DNA from: the human T2T-CHM13v2.0 reference genome, Homo sapiens
Length of the DNA stretch: 64,000 bases
Direction: 5' to 3' (one strand)
Assembly: GCF_009914755.1 (NCBI RefSeq)
Contig: NC_060939.1
Position 1 is the stretch's first letter. Every line of letters begins with the position of its first letter. Shown here piece by piece: positions 1 through 32,456 of the stretch. Both the position numbers and the translations under genes were made by a program. The notes under the pieces were generated by a model. That model was not told the DNA's origin. It did no database searches and saw only the letters and a list, made by a program, of their open reading frames with translations.

Positions 1-146
1 AGCGTAAGCATGAGGAAAACACCACACAAACCGGAGTAGAAGAACATCTTGCGGCCGGGCGCGGTGGCTGGTGCCTGTAGTCCCAGCACTTTGGGAGGCC
101 GAGGCGGGCGGGTCACAAGGTCAGGAGATCTAGACCATCCTGGCTA

Positions 147-299
<153 letters not shown>

Positions 300-499
300 T
301 CAGCCTGGGCGGCAGAGCAAGACTCCATCTCAAAAAAAAAAAAAAAAATCTTGCAGTACACCTGACCAGTCCTCTGTGAAGGTCATGGAATCTGAAAGCA
401 CGTCACAACCAGGAGGAGCCTAAGAACACGTGAACACCAGATGTAAGACATTAGGGAAAAACGAAGGAAAGCTGAATACCAGCTTTAGTTAGTTTTCTA

Positions 500-814
<315 letters not shown>

Positions 815-1508
815 TTATTTATTTTTTATTATGATTTTTTTTTGAGACGGAGTTTCGCTCTTGTTGCCCAGGCTGGAGTGCAATGGCGCGATCTTGGCTC
901 ACTGAACCTCTGCCTCCCGGGTTCAAGCGATTCGCCTGCCACAGCCTCCCGAGCTGGGATTACAGGCGCGTGCCACCATATCTGGCTAATTTTGTGCTTT
1001 TACTGGAGATGGGGTTTCATCATGTTGGCCAGGATGGTCCCGAACTCCAGACCTCAGGTGATCTGCCCACCTCAGTCTCCCAAAATGCTGGGATTACAGG
1101 CGTGAGCCACCAACACTCGGCCTATATTATGGTTTTAAATTGATCAAAGTGAACTTGTGATTTTCATTATTTATTTTAAGCCCCAGACATTGCATGGTGT
1201 TAGGCTTTAGCTCTATGACTCTTCAGAGCCTCCCGTCCAGGAGGCCATTAGCACCTCAGTTCTTCCCGGTCTGGACCCAAGGTCCTTTCCATCCCTGTGA
1301 GCCACCCATCAAGGTGAGCTGAGAGACCAGCCGGCGGGGCAGAGTCACTTACGGCTGAGAGGAATTGTTTTGGGATTTGGTTAGTAAGTAGGAGAGAAAA
1401 GGAGAAGAAAACTTGTATGGGGGTTGAGCACCTCCCGCCGAAGAAGGCGAGGGAGGCATGGAGGTGTCTTACACTAGGGAACATTTCCGAGTCATGTGGC
1501 ACCAAAGT

Positions 1509-3081
<1,573 letters not shown>

Positions 3082-3288
3082 ATTTGGAGTTTCCAATGTC
3101 TGTTATTCCACTCTGTATGTCTGAAAGTCAAAAACCGCATGTTCTCACTTACAAGTGGAAGCTAAACAATGAAAGTTTAAACTCTAAATGAATTGCCAGG
3201 TGGTAGCATTTCTAGATTTGAGATTCTAGATAGTCTCATCTTCAGGGGAGTCAAGTTCTGGTGACAGTCCTTCTACTGAGGGATTTGA

Positions 3289-3495
<207 letters not shown>

Positions 3496-3660
3496 TGAGT
3501 AGAGGCAGGGTTTCACCATATTGGCCAGGCTGGTCTTCATCCACCCGCCTCGACCTCCCAAAGTGCTGGGATTACAGATGTGAGCCACCGCACCTGGCCC
3601 TCTTTCACTTTTAAAGGAACTTCCCAGAGAATCAGCCAGATACACAGTACAACTCCCAGT

Positions 3661-3888
3661 AGTCCAGGGAGCGTCGTCTACAGCATAGGCTCGGATGGGA
3701 CAGCCTGCCTTCTTTGCCATGCTTTTGGATGACATAGTCCAGGGAGCGTCCTCTACAGCATAGGCTCGGATGGGGCCGCCTGCCTTCTTTGCCATGCTTT
3801 TGGAAGACATAGTCCAGGGAGCGTGCTCTACAGCATAGGCTCAGATGGGGCTGCCTACAAACTTCTTTGCCATGCTTTTGGATGACAT
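3661..3888. repeat. Tandem repeat, 3 x ~75 bp
   Basis: Units begin agtccagggagcgt at 3661, 3736 and 3811. Confidence 0.95.
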
Positions 3889-4179
3889 GCTGTGGGAAGC
3901 AGGCAGGGAGGCAGGTGGGTCATGTTCAGTGTCAGAGCCCCATTGAAGCAGGGCTTATGGAAGAGAAACATTCACAGGATGTGAATGTTTGTGGAAAGCC
4001 CATGGCAACATTAGAATAGCAGTGCCTTCACTCAGCAGGTGCAGCAGAGGCTGAGTGTGCCTGGGTGGGTGAGGATGGGCCCAAAGTCAGGCTGCGCAGG
4101 AGAGCTGCCATTGAGGGGTTCGCATGGCTGCCCTGGGACAGGCTTCCTGGGGACAGTCTCAGGAAAGCTGTGTGTTTAG

Positions 4180-4398
<219 letters not shown>

Positions 4399-4790
4399 TA
4401 GCCAGAATGGTCTCGATCTCCTGACCTCGTGATCTGCCTTCTTCGGCCTCCCAATGTGCTGGGCTCCCACTGTGCCCAGCTTGGAGGCTTTTAAGAATTG
4501 GGTGGGGGCTGGGCATGGTGGCTCACACCTGTAATCCCAGCACTTTAGGAGGCCGAGGCAGGTGGATCGCCTGAGGTCAGGTGTTTGAGACCAGCCTGGC
4601 CAGCATGGTGAAACCCCGTCTGTACTAAAAATACAGAAATTGTCCGGGTGTGGTGGTGGGCACCTGTAATCCCAGCTACTTGGGAGGCTGAGGCAGGAGA
4701 ATTGCTTGAACCTGGGAGGCGGAAGTTTCAGTGAGGCTAGATTGCGCCATTGCGCTCCAGCCTCGGCAACAAGAGCAAAAACTCCATCTA

Positions 4791-6370
<1,580 letters not shown>

Positions 6371-7777
6371 ATGCTTTTCGGATTTTGTAGACTCCTCCCT
6401 GAGAGGAGTGCTGCCTGCAGTGCAGCCATGCTGTGGAGATGTGGAGGGGAAGGGAGTTGTCTCGTGAGAGTGTAAACTGAGATCCAGGCGTCCCATTTCG
6501 AGTCCCCAAGCCTTCCACACTCGCACTGGCTCTGGGGTGGATGTATTCTTTCTCATTGCCTTTCCTGTCATACCCACGCTCCTCATACCTGGGCACGCTC
6601 CCGTCCCTAGGTGGAGACGGAACGAGGTTAGTTCTGCTGCTTCTGGGGACCCTCCGGACCCTGACATGAGGTCATTGCCCCTTGTGTGTCTCCCTGGTGC
6701 ATGTCCTCAGCACCCCCGGCCCTCTCCTGTCCCCTGACCCTGAGGGATGATGGCCTATTCACTCATTTGCATTCCCCCCCATCCCAGCTCTTCCAGGGCT
6801 GTCACGTGTCCACTGGGAGGAATGGGCTGGACACGGAGCAGAGGCATCTAACTGGCCACAGGGAGCCGCAGAGTGAGGATGGCGAACCTGAGCCTTTCAT
6901 TTTATGAAAGGATTTCGGAGCTGTCTTCAGGTGCCTCGGAGCTGACCTTACTTACGTCCTACTAAGCAACAGAATCTAGAGTTACTGCCAGCTCTGATCT
7001 TTATCTGACCCTGAGAGGAGATCACTGATATAGGCATGGTGAGAAGGGCGTGAGAGTCGGGAGTCTTTGAATGGCTCGCAGCCTGTGCTTGGTTTCCTTA
7101 ATGCTGTTTCCATCAGAAAAGGAGATAAAGGAGGGCTGCTGCGTACCGAAGCCCCATGGTGTCCCAGACTCATGCCATGTTGTGATTCTGTGGTGGACTG
7201 GGCTCCGCTGGGCGACTCTCCAGCAGCTGCAAGCAGATGGTGGCTGGGGCTGGAGTCAACTCAGTGCCGGACAGGACTGGGCAGCCATGCAGATGGCATC
7301 TTCACTCGAGTCTGGGGTAGCTGGACAGCTGAGGGCTTGCTGAGCATTGCTGTCTCTGCTCTCCCTTCCTCTATCCCTGTGGCTTCTTCACACAGGGCTC
7401 CCTTGGACGCCCTTACAGCGTGCTGGTCTCTGGGAAGCCAGACCCCTTCCATGGTGTGTGGCTTTCCCTTGGCAAAGCCTCCTAAGGACCACGGTGGAAG
7501 CTTGGTGGATCCTTGTAGTGCTGCTTCTGCCACATCTCTTGGCTTGCTCGGGCTGCTCAAGTGCAGTGTGGGAGGGAATGTATAAGGATGTGAATGCCAG
7601 GGGCAAGATACAGAAGAGGAGGTTCAGATTTGCAGAGATCCTCACACGTGCCTGGTCACACAACTGGTGGTGCCGGAATGTGAACACAGCTGGGGCTGAT
7701 TTTGGTATTGTTCTCTCACCCTGCCCCCTGTAGGGTGGTTAGGGGGAAGATAGATAAATCCACCTACAGATAAGGCA

Positions 7778-17040
<9,263 letters not shown>

Positions 17041-17681
17041 ATTTCTTAGGAAAAATAAGTTCTGCATATCTAATAACCAACAGGCAAAAGAACTTCAAAT
17101 ATTAAGTCCATGAGTTAAGTTGGTGCACAGCAGTGCTCAGTTAATGTTTCAGAAGGCAGTTAATGCCTTCCTCTGGCTGTGCCGGTGTCAGGAAAGAATA
17201 TTTATTTATTCTTAGTCCTTCTTAGAGAACTCTGTAGGACCGGGCGCGGTGGCTCACGCCTGTAATCCCAGCACTTTGGGAGGCCGAGGTGAGCGGATCA
17301 CCTGAGGTCAGGAGTACAAGACCATCCTGACCAATATGGTGAAACCCTGTCTCTACTAAAAATACAAAAATTAGCTGGGTGTGGTGGCGCAGCCTGTAAT
17401 GCCAGCTACTCAGGAGGCTGAGGCAGGAGAACTGTTTGAACCCAGGAGTCAGAGGTTGCAGTGAGCAGAGATCACACCAGTGCACTCCAGCCTGGGCAAG
17501 AGAGTGAGACTCTGTCTCAAAAAGAAAAAGAAAAAGAAAAATCTGTAAAAACTATGTTACATCTTTTTTATACATTAATTTACAAAGAACTAGTTATCCA
17601 CTCTTGCTTGGCTTTTATCAGCAACTTCTGTTGTTGATGTTAGAAGCACACATAAGTGGAAGCAATCTTTTTGTGGAATAA

Positions 17682-17961
<280 letters not shown>

Positions 17962-19176
17962 TAGCCAGGATGGTCTTGATCTCCTGACCTTGTGATCCGC
18001 CCGCCTCGGCCTCCCAAAGTGCCGGGATTACAGGCGTGAGCCACCGCGCCCGGCCTAAAGCTGTATTTTAAGGACATTTCCGACACATTTATAACTAAAT
18101 GGAAGGTCTAAAGCCACATGCCCCTGGTTGGACAGCATCACTGTCAGTTGATACTGTCATCCTGGCAAGGCTCTTTTGTGTTTGCACAAACACTTCTTTG
18201 TTTTATAGTTTAGCTGTTATAAACAGCTATGCAACTCTCAGCACCCAGGGTTTCCAATGAGAGGAAAACCAATGGAACTTAGCGATCATATCCTCTGCAG
18301 CCCACACCTAGGAGTGGGGGAGGAGACGTGAGTGTGGCAAGACAAACAGCATCCTCTGCATCCTTCAGTGCTGCAGCTCCCTGTTGTTGCTGAGGCCGGA
18401 GGACCTGCAGATTAATAGAGGACCGTCATCAACTGGGAAGAGGAGAAGCTTGGGCATAGATACCTACTGAGAGTGCTGGCTAATGAGCTTTCGGAACAAC
18501 AGTGCTTAGGGGCAGCAATGCTTAGGGTGAAACTGTGAAGAAACCCAGTTGTTTTAGATATCCTCACAGATATCTGTATGACGGGCCAAGGGCTAATATG
18601 GAATGCAGACTCCTAGGAGCTCCTGGCAAAAGAAGGAGGAGGGAAAATGGAGCAGCCAACTCAGTGAGGAAGCTGGGCACACAGCCATGCACTTCCTGCA
18701 GGGCAGAACAGGGGACACCCCTGGACCGAGGCTCTCAGGGACCATGTGCAGGAGCTTCACTTTTGTTTATGGGTAGGGGTATGGGACAGGTACCTGGATG
18801 GAGAAAAACCTGACTTGCTTAATGTCTGTGGATGCAGAAAAATTTTGCCTAATACTGGTTTAAAAGGTGAGGGTGACCTATACACCTTTTGATTTGTGCA
18901 AATCCAGGCTCTTGATGGAGAGTACAAGTTGCAGGGCCTGAAATGCTTGGAACTGAACTGGACCCTTTGGGAAAAGAACGAAAACCATTTTGTTCACTTT
19001 GCCATTCCTGTGTACCTGGTATTCCAGGTTCCTCCTCATTTTGTGACTTTTGACATTTTATAAACTGCCAAAAACATATACTATGTGATGATCAATGTTG
19101 GGATAACCATAGCAGTGAAAGGGGGGTGCCTATGGGCCTCATTGCACTGGTCACTGTCATCCTTGACCAGCTTTCA

Positions 19177-19380
<204 letters not shown>

Positions 19381-19638
19381 CTACACCCCAGCCTGGGCAA
19401 CAGAGTGAGACCCTGTCTCAAAAAGAAAAAAAAAATCTAAAAACCCAATAAAAACAAAATCAAAAGTTGGTTCTTTGAAAAGAACAATGAAATTGACAAA
19501 CCTTTAGCTAGACTGACCAAGCAAAAAAGAAGAATCAAATTACTAAAATCAGGAATGAAAAAGGAGATATTTTCTGTATGCCCTTAGGATAATTTCCACA
19601 GAGTTTAAATTCACTTGTGTGTGTGTGTGTGTGTGTGA

Positions 19639-19827
<189 letters not shown>

Positions 19828-21477
19828 TAGCCGGGATGGTCTCGGTCTCCTGACCTTGTGATCCACCAACTTCGGCCTCGCAAAGTGCTGGGATTACAGG
19901 CATGAGCCACTGCACCCGGCCCACTTTGTTAAGTACTTTATTTATTAGTTATGGTGGTTTTGTTGGGAAACTGGTCCACAGACTTTTCACACTAGTATTC
20001 TGGACCTGATGACCTTTCACTCAAGTATTCGGCATGCATTTTGGGATAGCCACTTTGATTAGCACATTTAGAAATCTAACATTGATTCTGTATTAATAGC
20101 TGACTCTCCTACAGTGCCCACCATGGGACATTCTTAAGCTTCGCTAAACTTTCTGCTTCATAGGACACCCTGGGTCCTGTTTGTATTAGATACACTGAGA
20201 GGGACACCAGACAGGAGCCCCAGTGGTGCCAGGCTGTCTTCTCCAGTGGAGCCTGGCAGCAGAGGTAGGGCGTGGCTCAGGGCTGGGAGACAGCCACAGC
20301 AGGCAGGTGGCACAACTGATGCTGGGGACTTTGACCACTTGGCTAAGCCAGTGTCCATCAGGCTTATCTATAAAGATAACTTTTTCTGTTCATAATTAAT
20401 AAGAAAAACCCATGGAGGTGACTCAGTAAATTTTCATTCGCTTGTTTTAGTATCCGTTAATGATTCTTGCCTAAATCAGTTTTTACTGTGATGTGATCAA
20501 ATAGCAATATTCTTTTTTTTTTTTTTTTTTTTTTGAGACAGTGTCTCACTCTATCACCCAGGCTGGAATGAAGTGGCATGATCATGGCTAACTGCAGCCT
20601 CATCCTCCTGGGCTCAAGCGATTCTTCTGTCTCAGCCTCCTGAATAGCTGGGACCACAGGCATGCACCACCACACCCAGCTAATTTTTAAATTTTTTGTA
20701 GAGATAGAGTCTTGCTATGTTGCCCAGGCTGACCTTGAACTCCTAGGCTCAAGTGATCATCCTGCCTCAGGCTTCCAAAATGCTGGCATTACAGGTGTGA
20801 GCCGCCGGGCCCAGCCCCCATTTCATTTTGTAAGTACTTTTTCTAATACTTGTAGCTCTGCTGCTCCATTAAGCAGGCTGGCAGGCTATGTGTCTTATAC
20901 CAAATTGTGGTTTTCCTACTGAGAATAAAAACAATTAGAATTAGTTACTGTGGCTGGGCACGGTGATTCACTCCTGTAATCACAGCACTTTGGGAGGCTG
21001 AGGTGGGTGGATCACTTGGAGCCAGGAATTGAAGACCAGCCTGGCCAATATAGCAAAACCCCCTCTCTACTAAAAATACAAAAATTAGCCGCACGTGGTG
21101 GTGCACGCCTGTAATCCCAGCTACTTGGGAGGCTGAAGCATGAGAATTGCTTGAACCCAGGAGGCGGAGGTTGTAGTCAGCTGAGATCGTGCCACTGCAC
21201 TCCAGCCTCAGCGACAGAGTGATACTCCATCTCAAAAAAAGGAAAAGGAAAAAAGAATTCATTACTGTAATCTGTGGTTAACAACAAAAAATCTCCTCAA
21301 AAAATGCTTAGCAGGCCAGGCGTGCTGCACACCTGTAATCCAGCAGTTTGGGAGTCTGAGGCAGGCGGATCACCTGAGGTCAGGAGTTCGAGACCAGCCT
21401 GACCAATTTGGTGAAACCCCGTCTCTACTAAAAATTCAAAAATTAGCCAGGTGTGGTGGCATGCTCCTGTAGTCTCA

Positions 21478-21907
<430 letters not shown>

Positions 21908-22595
21908 TTAGGAGCATTTTGCCATATCTGAAGGACAAACCTGTCTCAAAGGTTGGGAGACCTCTCACCATACACACCTGTCAAGAGGCAGGGGGAGGGA
22001 GGAAGGTGCTGGGGCTCCGCCTGCCCTGCGTGGGATGGGTGGGGTAACCTGAGAGGATGCCGGCAAGTCTCAGGTCAAATGTCAGAGCATCAGGTGAGTG
22101 TAAGGATGTGGTTCCCGCATGGCTGAAAGAAGAGTCGTATCAGAAGAGTTATAAATAATGAAAATTGAGTGACTTGTTTAAGCAGGAAGTCAAACCCTAT
22201 GATAATAAAATTCTTATATAAATGGACTACAGTAAATGCATGAGAGAGTTGGACTTTAAAGACTCAAACCCTTTTGAGATAAAAATAAAACTCCATCAAA
22301 GGAATATCTTTGTGGTAGCTTGTTGGGTGAAAGAAAACTGATGTATAAAGATCTCATTTCCTTATTTGGGTCAGCCTGTGTTGGTTGCAAAAAATATCTT
22401 GACTTTGCCACTTTCGGTGGTCTCTAATGCTGCCATTTATAGATGAAAGATTCTCTTTAGGGTGAATAAACAGTATGACATTCATTCTTTTCAATTTTAG
22501 TTTTCATGTCAAAAGTTTCTCGCTTGTAAACCTCTTCCTGATATACGTAGCTGGTAAACCCACTTTTCTGACATTTTTTATCTCATTTTTTATAG

Positions 22596-22643
22596 GTACT
22601 TCCTATTTAACAGACATTGTGTGGTGGGCTGGCACAATCGCAA
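22596..22643 (+). CDS. NIPA1: NIPA1 coding exon 2 (48 bp, phase 1-1): (G)TSYLTDIVWWAGTIA(M)
   Basis: Pyrimidine tract ending tttatag at 22595 and donor gtaagt at 22644. The translation matches the NIPA1 protein as I recall it and joins in frame to exon 3. Confidence 0.96.
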
Positions 22644-23341
22644 GTAAGTAGCCTGTGTGGCGAAGTCTGGTCTTTTCCTTTCTTAGAATCCATCACTGGT
22701 CTGGGCAGGGCTGGAGTGGCTGGGCTAGGGTGGCTCTGTTCTTTGGAAGAGGGTGTCGCGTGGCCTCTCCCCAGGCCCTAAGCGTGCCTTTCAGTTCGGA
22801 TGTCCCTGCCTCCCCAGGGCACTCTCCCTGCTCCCCTTCCTCCCAGGATGAGAGTGCAGAAGGACAAGTTAGGAGCTGGTGGAGGCCCCTGCTGCCCACG
22901 ATTAGCCGTGAATTCAGTCCAGGCTGATCTGTCCTGGGCCCGAAGAAATTAAAACAGCTCCTGCTTACTCATGTAGTCGGGCTGTTGGCATTTGGTGAAA
23001 TTCCATGTTAGGCTGCCTTGTTTTTCTCAGCACAGTTGGTTTAACAGAGAATTTCATGAGTCAAAGATCAGGTCATGTGCTATAATGTAAAGATAAATAA
23101 TAATATTAGAGTTCAGAACTCTAAATGTATTATAAAGGACAATTGTCTTTGAAATTCAGAAATATTATGTTTGGCCAGGCATGGTGGCTCACGCCTGTAA
23201 TCCCAGCACTTTGGGAGGCTGAGACAGGTGGATTGTTTGAGCCCAGGAGTTCAAGACCAGCCTGGGAAACATGGCAAAACCCTGTCTGTACAAAAACAAA
23301 AATTACCTGGGCATGGTGGGATGCACCTGTTTTCAAAGCTA

Positions 23342-23485
<144 letters not shown>

Positions 23486-23951
23486 TCACATTTGTCTTTT
23501 AATACGACATTACGTGGCAATACCAATTCTGTTCCTTGAAGAGCTCCTCTTTAAGCTCCATCTGGGTGATGTCCCTGCTGCAGTCTTGTGCGGCAGTACT
23601 GTATCCTCTTGCTATGCCAGTGGCCTGTCACCGTGGCCAGCTGCCTATGCCAGAGTAGGTCCCAGGCCACTAGAGGGTGCACAGGAAGTTCTGCCTGATT
23701 TGTGTGAAAACAAGGATGTGTTAAGAGAGCGGAGATATGCCCAGTGCTGCGCCCATTTCAGTCACTGCTGGTTAGGTTCGGCATTTCCATGGAGGGCTGA
23801 ACCTACTCACCCGACTGATGGGACCAGTGAAGGTGTGGTTCCTGACCCCTGACCCCTTAAATGTGCAGATGACACCCCAGATGTGATTCTTCACAAGTAA
23901 TGTGAATGAAGTAGCCCTTTCAGGGCAGAGCCTAGCGTAATTCAACTGTGA

Positions 23952-24101
<150 letters not shown>

Positions 24102-24176
24102 TGAGAGCCAAGATTGTGTTTGGTATTTAATGTGTAGTGTAGATATAACAACTTTTCATTTTAAATGTTTCTGTTA

Positions 24177-24531
<355 letters not shown>

Positions 24532-26715
24532 CTACTCTATATCGTTTAATTTTATCCCTTCAAATGTAGTTCTGGGTAGTATTAACCCTTTTCTTAGATA
24601 TTTAGTATATTTGAAACTGTCACTCATTTTTCCTGCTTATCAGTGAATCTGATGCTCTCATTCTCCTGGTCGTTGTCCTGGAGTACATCTTAGAGACTAG
24701 AGAGTCTTCTGACACCTTGGCAAGTTATTCTGAGAACTCATTAAGCAAAATGACTGAGTTGGTGTTTTATTGGGGTGCTTAGCATTCCTTGCTGGATGCC
24801 GGACAGTCCCCACCTCAGCCCAGGAAATTACAGAGGTTGGGATGAATAATACACGGCATCAATGGATGTGAAATAGGATTTATGACTGACGCAGTCAATA
24901 GCACATGGATTTTCTTAGGAGAAGGTCCCGGGTTTGGTTCTGAGTGAGACGAGTGAGGGGGACCTTTGGATTTTTATTGTAGTTAGGTGGTGGGGTGGGC
25001 TGGGGGGCGGTTTGCATGCTTAGGCCGGGCTGGCATGGAGTGAAGTTTTTGCCCATGCCAAGGGACTGAGGACTCTGGGAACTGAGGACTCCAGGGACCC
25101 AGTGTGTGCGCAGGCTTCTTTTTAAATTTTAATTTCATTTTATTTATTTTTTTAATTTTATTTCTCCATTTTAAATCATCTTTTTAATTGATACACATGA
25201 GTAAGCTTCCTATAAGGTTGCCCAGTTGTGGGGCAAAGGGGAAAGGGGGGAAATGGGAACTGGAGGGCTGCAAGCCATCAAACATTGCAGCTGGACTCTC
25301 TGTTTACTTACTGCGAAAATGATTGATGAGATACTTATTAAATAACATATATCCTCGTGTGAACCTATTTATATTCTGATTTGTCTTTGAAGAAATCATT
25401 AGAAATAAAAATAGGGTAGAAGAGAAATAAAATCCAAGTTTCTAACTCATGGATACATTGGTTTTCTGCTGTATTCCAGACAGATGCCCAAATCCTTGCA
25501 GAGAAGTGTGTCCATGATGGATGTATTGAAGTTTACACCTTAGAGTCACGTAGGCATTAAGGTTCTGTGACCTAAATACCATGTTTTTCACATGCGACGC
25601 CTTGAGAATGTGTGTGTGGCACATTTTTCTCGTGAACACATACACTGCTATCATGTGTGGCTTGGTGTCCCTTTGTGTTTCGGATGGCTCTGAGGCGCTG
25701 GGAGGGCAAGAGTGTTCTCACTTTGGGAAACACTCCTCCAGCTTCTGTGACCCGTCCCCCTGAAAGATAATCAGGCAGATAAACAACCTGACCTGGTGAT
25801 CTTGGCACGTGGCACATTGAATGCACATATACTAAAATGTTTTGCTCAGTTAATTTCCTTAGAACTGTTCTCATGCACTTTGATGATTAAGTCACTTCAC
25901 CAGAAATGTTCACTGCTCCACATCTGCAGGTGTTACTCACTGTAGGAACCATGTCAGATGGTGTTCTGGATAAAAAGCCTGTCTTCAACTTGGAATCCCA
26001 GTAAGACCTTTTCTTTTAAACAGAATAAAACTAAAATTAATTTGGAAAAAAACAATCAAAGATGATTATCAAAGTGTGCATATATGTATGTATATATGAG
26101 TTTTTTTTTTGTTTTTTTTTTTGAGACGGAGTCTCGCTCTGTCGCCCAGGCTGGAGTGCAGTGGCACGATCTCGGCTCACTGCAAGCTCTACCTGCTGGG
26201 TTCATGCCCGGCTAATTTTTTTTGTATTTTTAGTAGAGACGGGGTTTGACCGTGTTGGCTGGGATGGTCTTGATCTCCTGACCTCGTGATCCGCCCGCCG
26301 TCCTCCCAGAGTGCTGGGATTACAGGCCTGAGCCACCACGCCTGGCCAATATGTATGTATATATGTATATTTTAAAAGCAGTTCTGTTCTTGATAATGGG
26401 ATGGGGTTGCTGGAATTACATAGAAACAGAAATGAAAAGAATGTGGCACTGGAAAAATAAGTCTGTGTAGCAGTGAATAGAATAGAGAGCCCCCAAATAG
26501 GTTCATTTCTTTCTGTAATAGTGTAATGTATGATAAAGTAATCATCTGTACATGCTGTGTTTAGAAAGAGGTTTAAAAAACTTTTGGGAAATATTTTCAA
26601 ATTACAGAAAGGAAACAGGATTAAGTATAACCAAAGCAATGTCCATCTCCCCTTACCCAGACACACCTGCTGCTAACATCTTACCCACTTGCCTCATCAT
26701 ACACTTTCTCTGTAT

Positions 26716-26917
26716 CTGGGTATCTCAGTCTCAGCACTGTTGATGCTTGAAGCCAGATAACTCTTTGTTGAGGGAGCCATTCTGTGCATTGTGAGGTGTT
26801 TAGCAGCATCCTGGCCTTCACCTCCCAGATGCCAGTAGCACTCAACCTCCCCAAAATGTCTCCAGACACTGGCAGATGTCCCCTGCGGGGCAAACCACCC
26901 CTGGTCAAGAAGCACTG
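26716..26917 (-). mobile_element. MER20 (hAT-Charlie) DNA transposon
   Basis: Diagnostic tagcagcatcc...gatgccagtagca...aaaatgtctccagaca...atgtccc segments. Confidence 0.8.
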
Positions 26918-27509
26918 TTCTATATGAATATGATGTGATTTTTTTTTCCTGTTTTTAAAAAAAAATCCATTTTAGCATAAGTTATGATTCTTTACCCCTG
27001 AACACATCAATTAGTATTTTCTAAGAGTAGAGATATTCAGATTCTCTCCAAATAACCACAGTACAGTGATCAATTTCGATAAATTTAACCTTGTTATGAT
27101 ACATGTATCAAATCAACCTCCATATTCCAATTCTGACAATTGACCTGTTATGCCATTATTTTATGTCATTATCTTTTATACCGTTATTTTTCTTCTAGTA
27201 CAAGATCTAGGCCAGGTGCAGTGTGATTCATGCTTGTAATCCCAGCACTTTGGGAGGCCAAGGCAGGTGGATCATTTGAACCCAGGGAGACCAGCCAGCC
27301 TGGCCAGCATGGCAAAACCCTGTCTCTACTAAAAATACAAAAATTATCCAGGTGTGGTGGCACACACCTGTAATCCCAGCTACTTGGGTGGCTGAGGGGC
27401 AGAGATTGCAGTGAATTGACATTGAACCACTGCTCCAGCCTGGGTGACAGAGCAAAACTCTGTCCCTCCCCCGCCCCCCAAAAAAACAAAGAAAAGATAA
27501 AGCTCATTA

Positions 27510-30867
<3,358 letters not shown>

Positions 30868-31897
30868 CTACTCGGTGGAGCTTCTCTATTTAACATCTAG
30901 TTGTGTATTCATGTCTTTTGTTGTTTCTTTCAGTGATGTTGCTTATTTCCCCAATGACACTGTTGGGAGCTTCTTAAGAACAGGCTGTCTAGGGACAAGG
31001 ATGTGAAGTGGTACAAGGGAAAAGTAGGCCGTTTAGGACCTGTGGGTGTGTCATGACCGTGCTTGTATCTCTTGTTAGCTTTGTGGCCTTAGGTTCAATG
31101 CTGACCCTTTCTGAGGCTCAAGTTTCCTTATCTTTAAAATAGGTATTAAAGGAAGTAATCCGGTCCATACCTGAGCCTGGTATGCCCTCCTCCCGGATGT
31201 TCCTGTTTTCTGATCGTCTTCAGCACAGACATGAGTAAAGTGACAATGACCAGTCCTGTGACTTACTGAGGGCAAGGTGTTCCAATTCAGATTGTATACT
31301 GATAATTACACAGGGAAATAAGAGAAGAAACAAGTTAGAAGCCTGGAGATTATAGATGTTTTTGAAGAATACATTTTTTTGCATTAATAATGTGACCAGT
31401 TTTTAAAAGTTTTCAGTATTAGAGGAAATAGCCACCCCATACTACTTCTACTACTGCAATTACTATTAGCATTTTTATTTTTTCTTTTGTTTGTGCATTT
31501 TTCACTTAATTTATTTTGTTTTTATCATGCATTACTTATAATTATTTTGACAGTTTTTGTACCCTACTTTTCCATGTAGCATAGATATTAGTATTTTTGA
31601 TTGGTTCCTTTTATAAGAAAGGAAGCATTACTTTTATTTTTGGTCAGTCATAAAACTTTTTATACTCTGGTGTATTTTATATGTGCTGACATAGTAATAT
31701 AGTGGTGTAAGTTATGTGTATCATTAACTACGTAGTGGTTATACATGGAATTGGTGTGAAAATCCTGGCCAGGCATGGTGGCTCACACCTATAATTCCAG
31801 CACTTTGGGAGTCCAAGGCAAGAGGATCGTTTGAGCCCAGGAGTTTGAGACTTGCCTGGGCAATCTAGTGAGACCCAGTCTCTACACAAAATTTTTA

Positions 31898-32107
<210 letters not shown>

Positions 32108-32165
32108 TTAGAAGAAAGGTCAGGTAGTTTGGTTTAAACTTTAATGATTTCTCTTTTTTCAATAA

Positions 32166-32456
<291 letters not shown>

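Noticed and set aside
1-52. NIPA1 exon 1 and its GCG polyalanine repeat
   Set aside because: Not present; the window starts inside intron 1.
7067-7733. Overlapping 172-aa and 128-aa ORFs in intron 1
   Set aside because: No recognisable domain or splice structure; GC-rich DNA gives open frames on both strands.
18380-19100. Possible decayed ERV internal sequence
   Set aside because: I could not match any motif with confidence by eye; needs a Dfam search.
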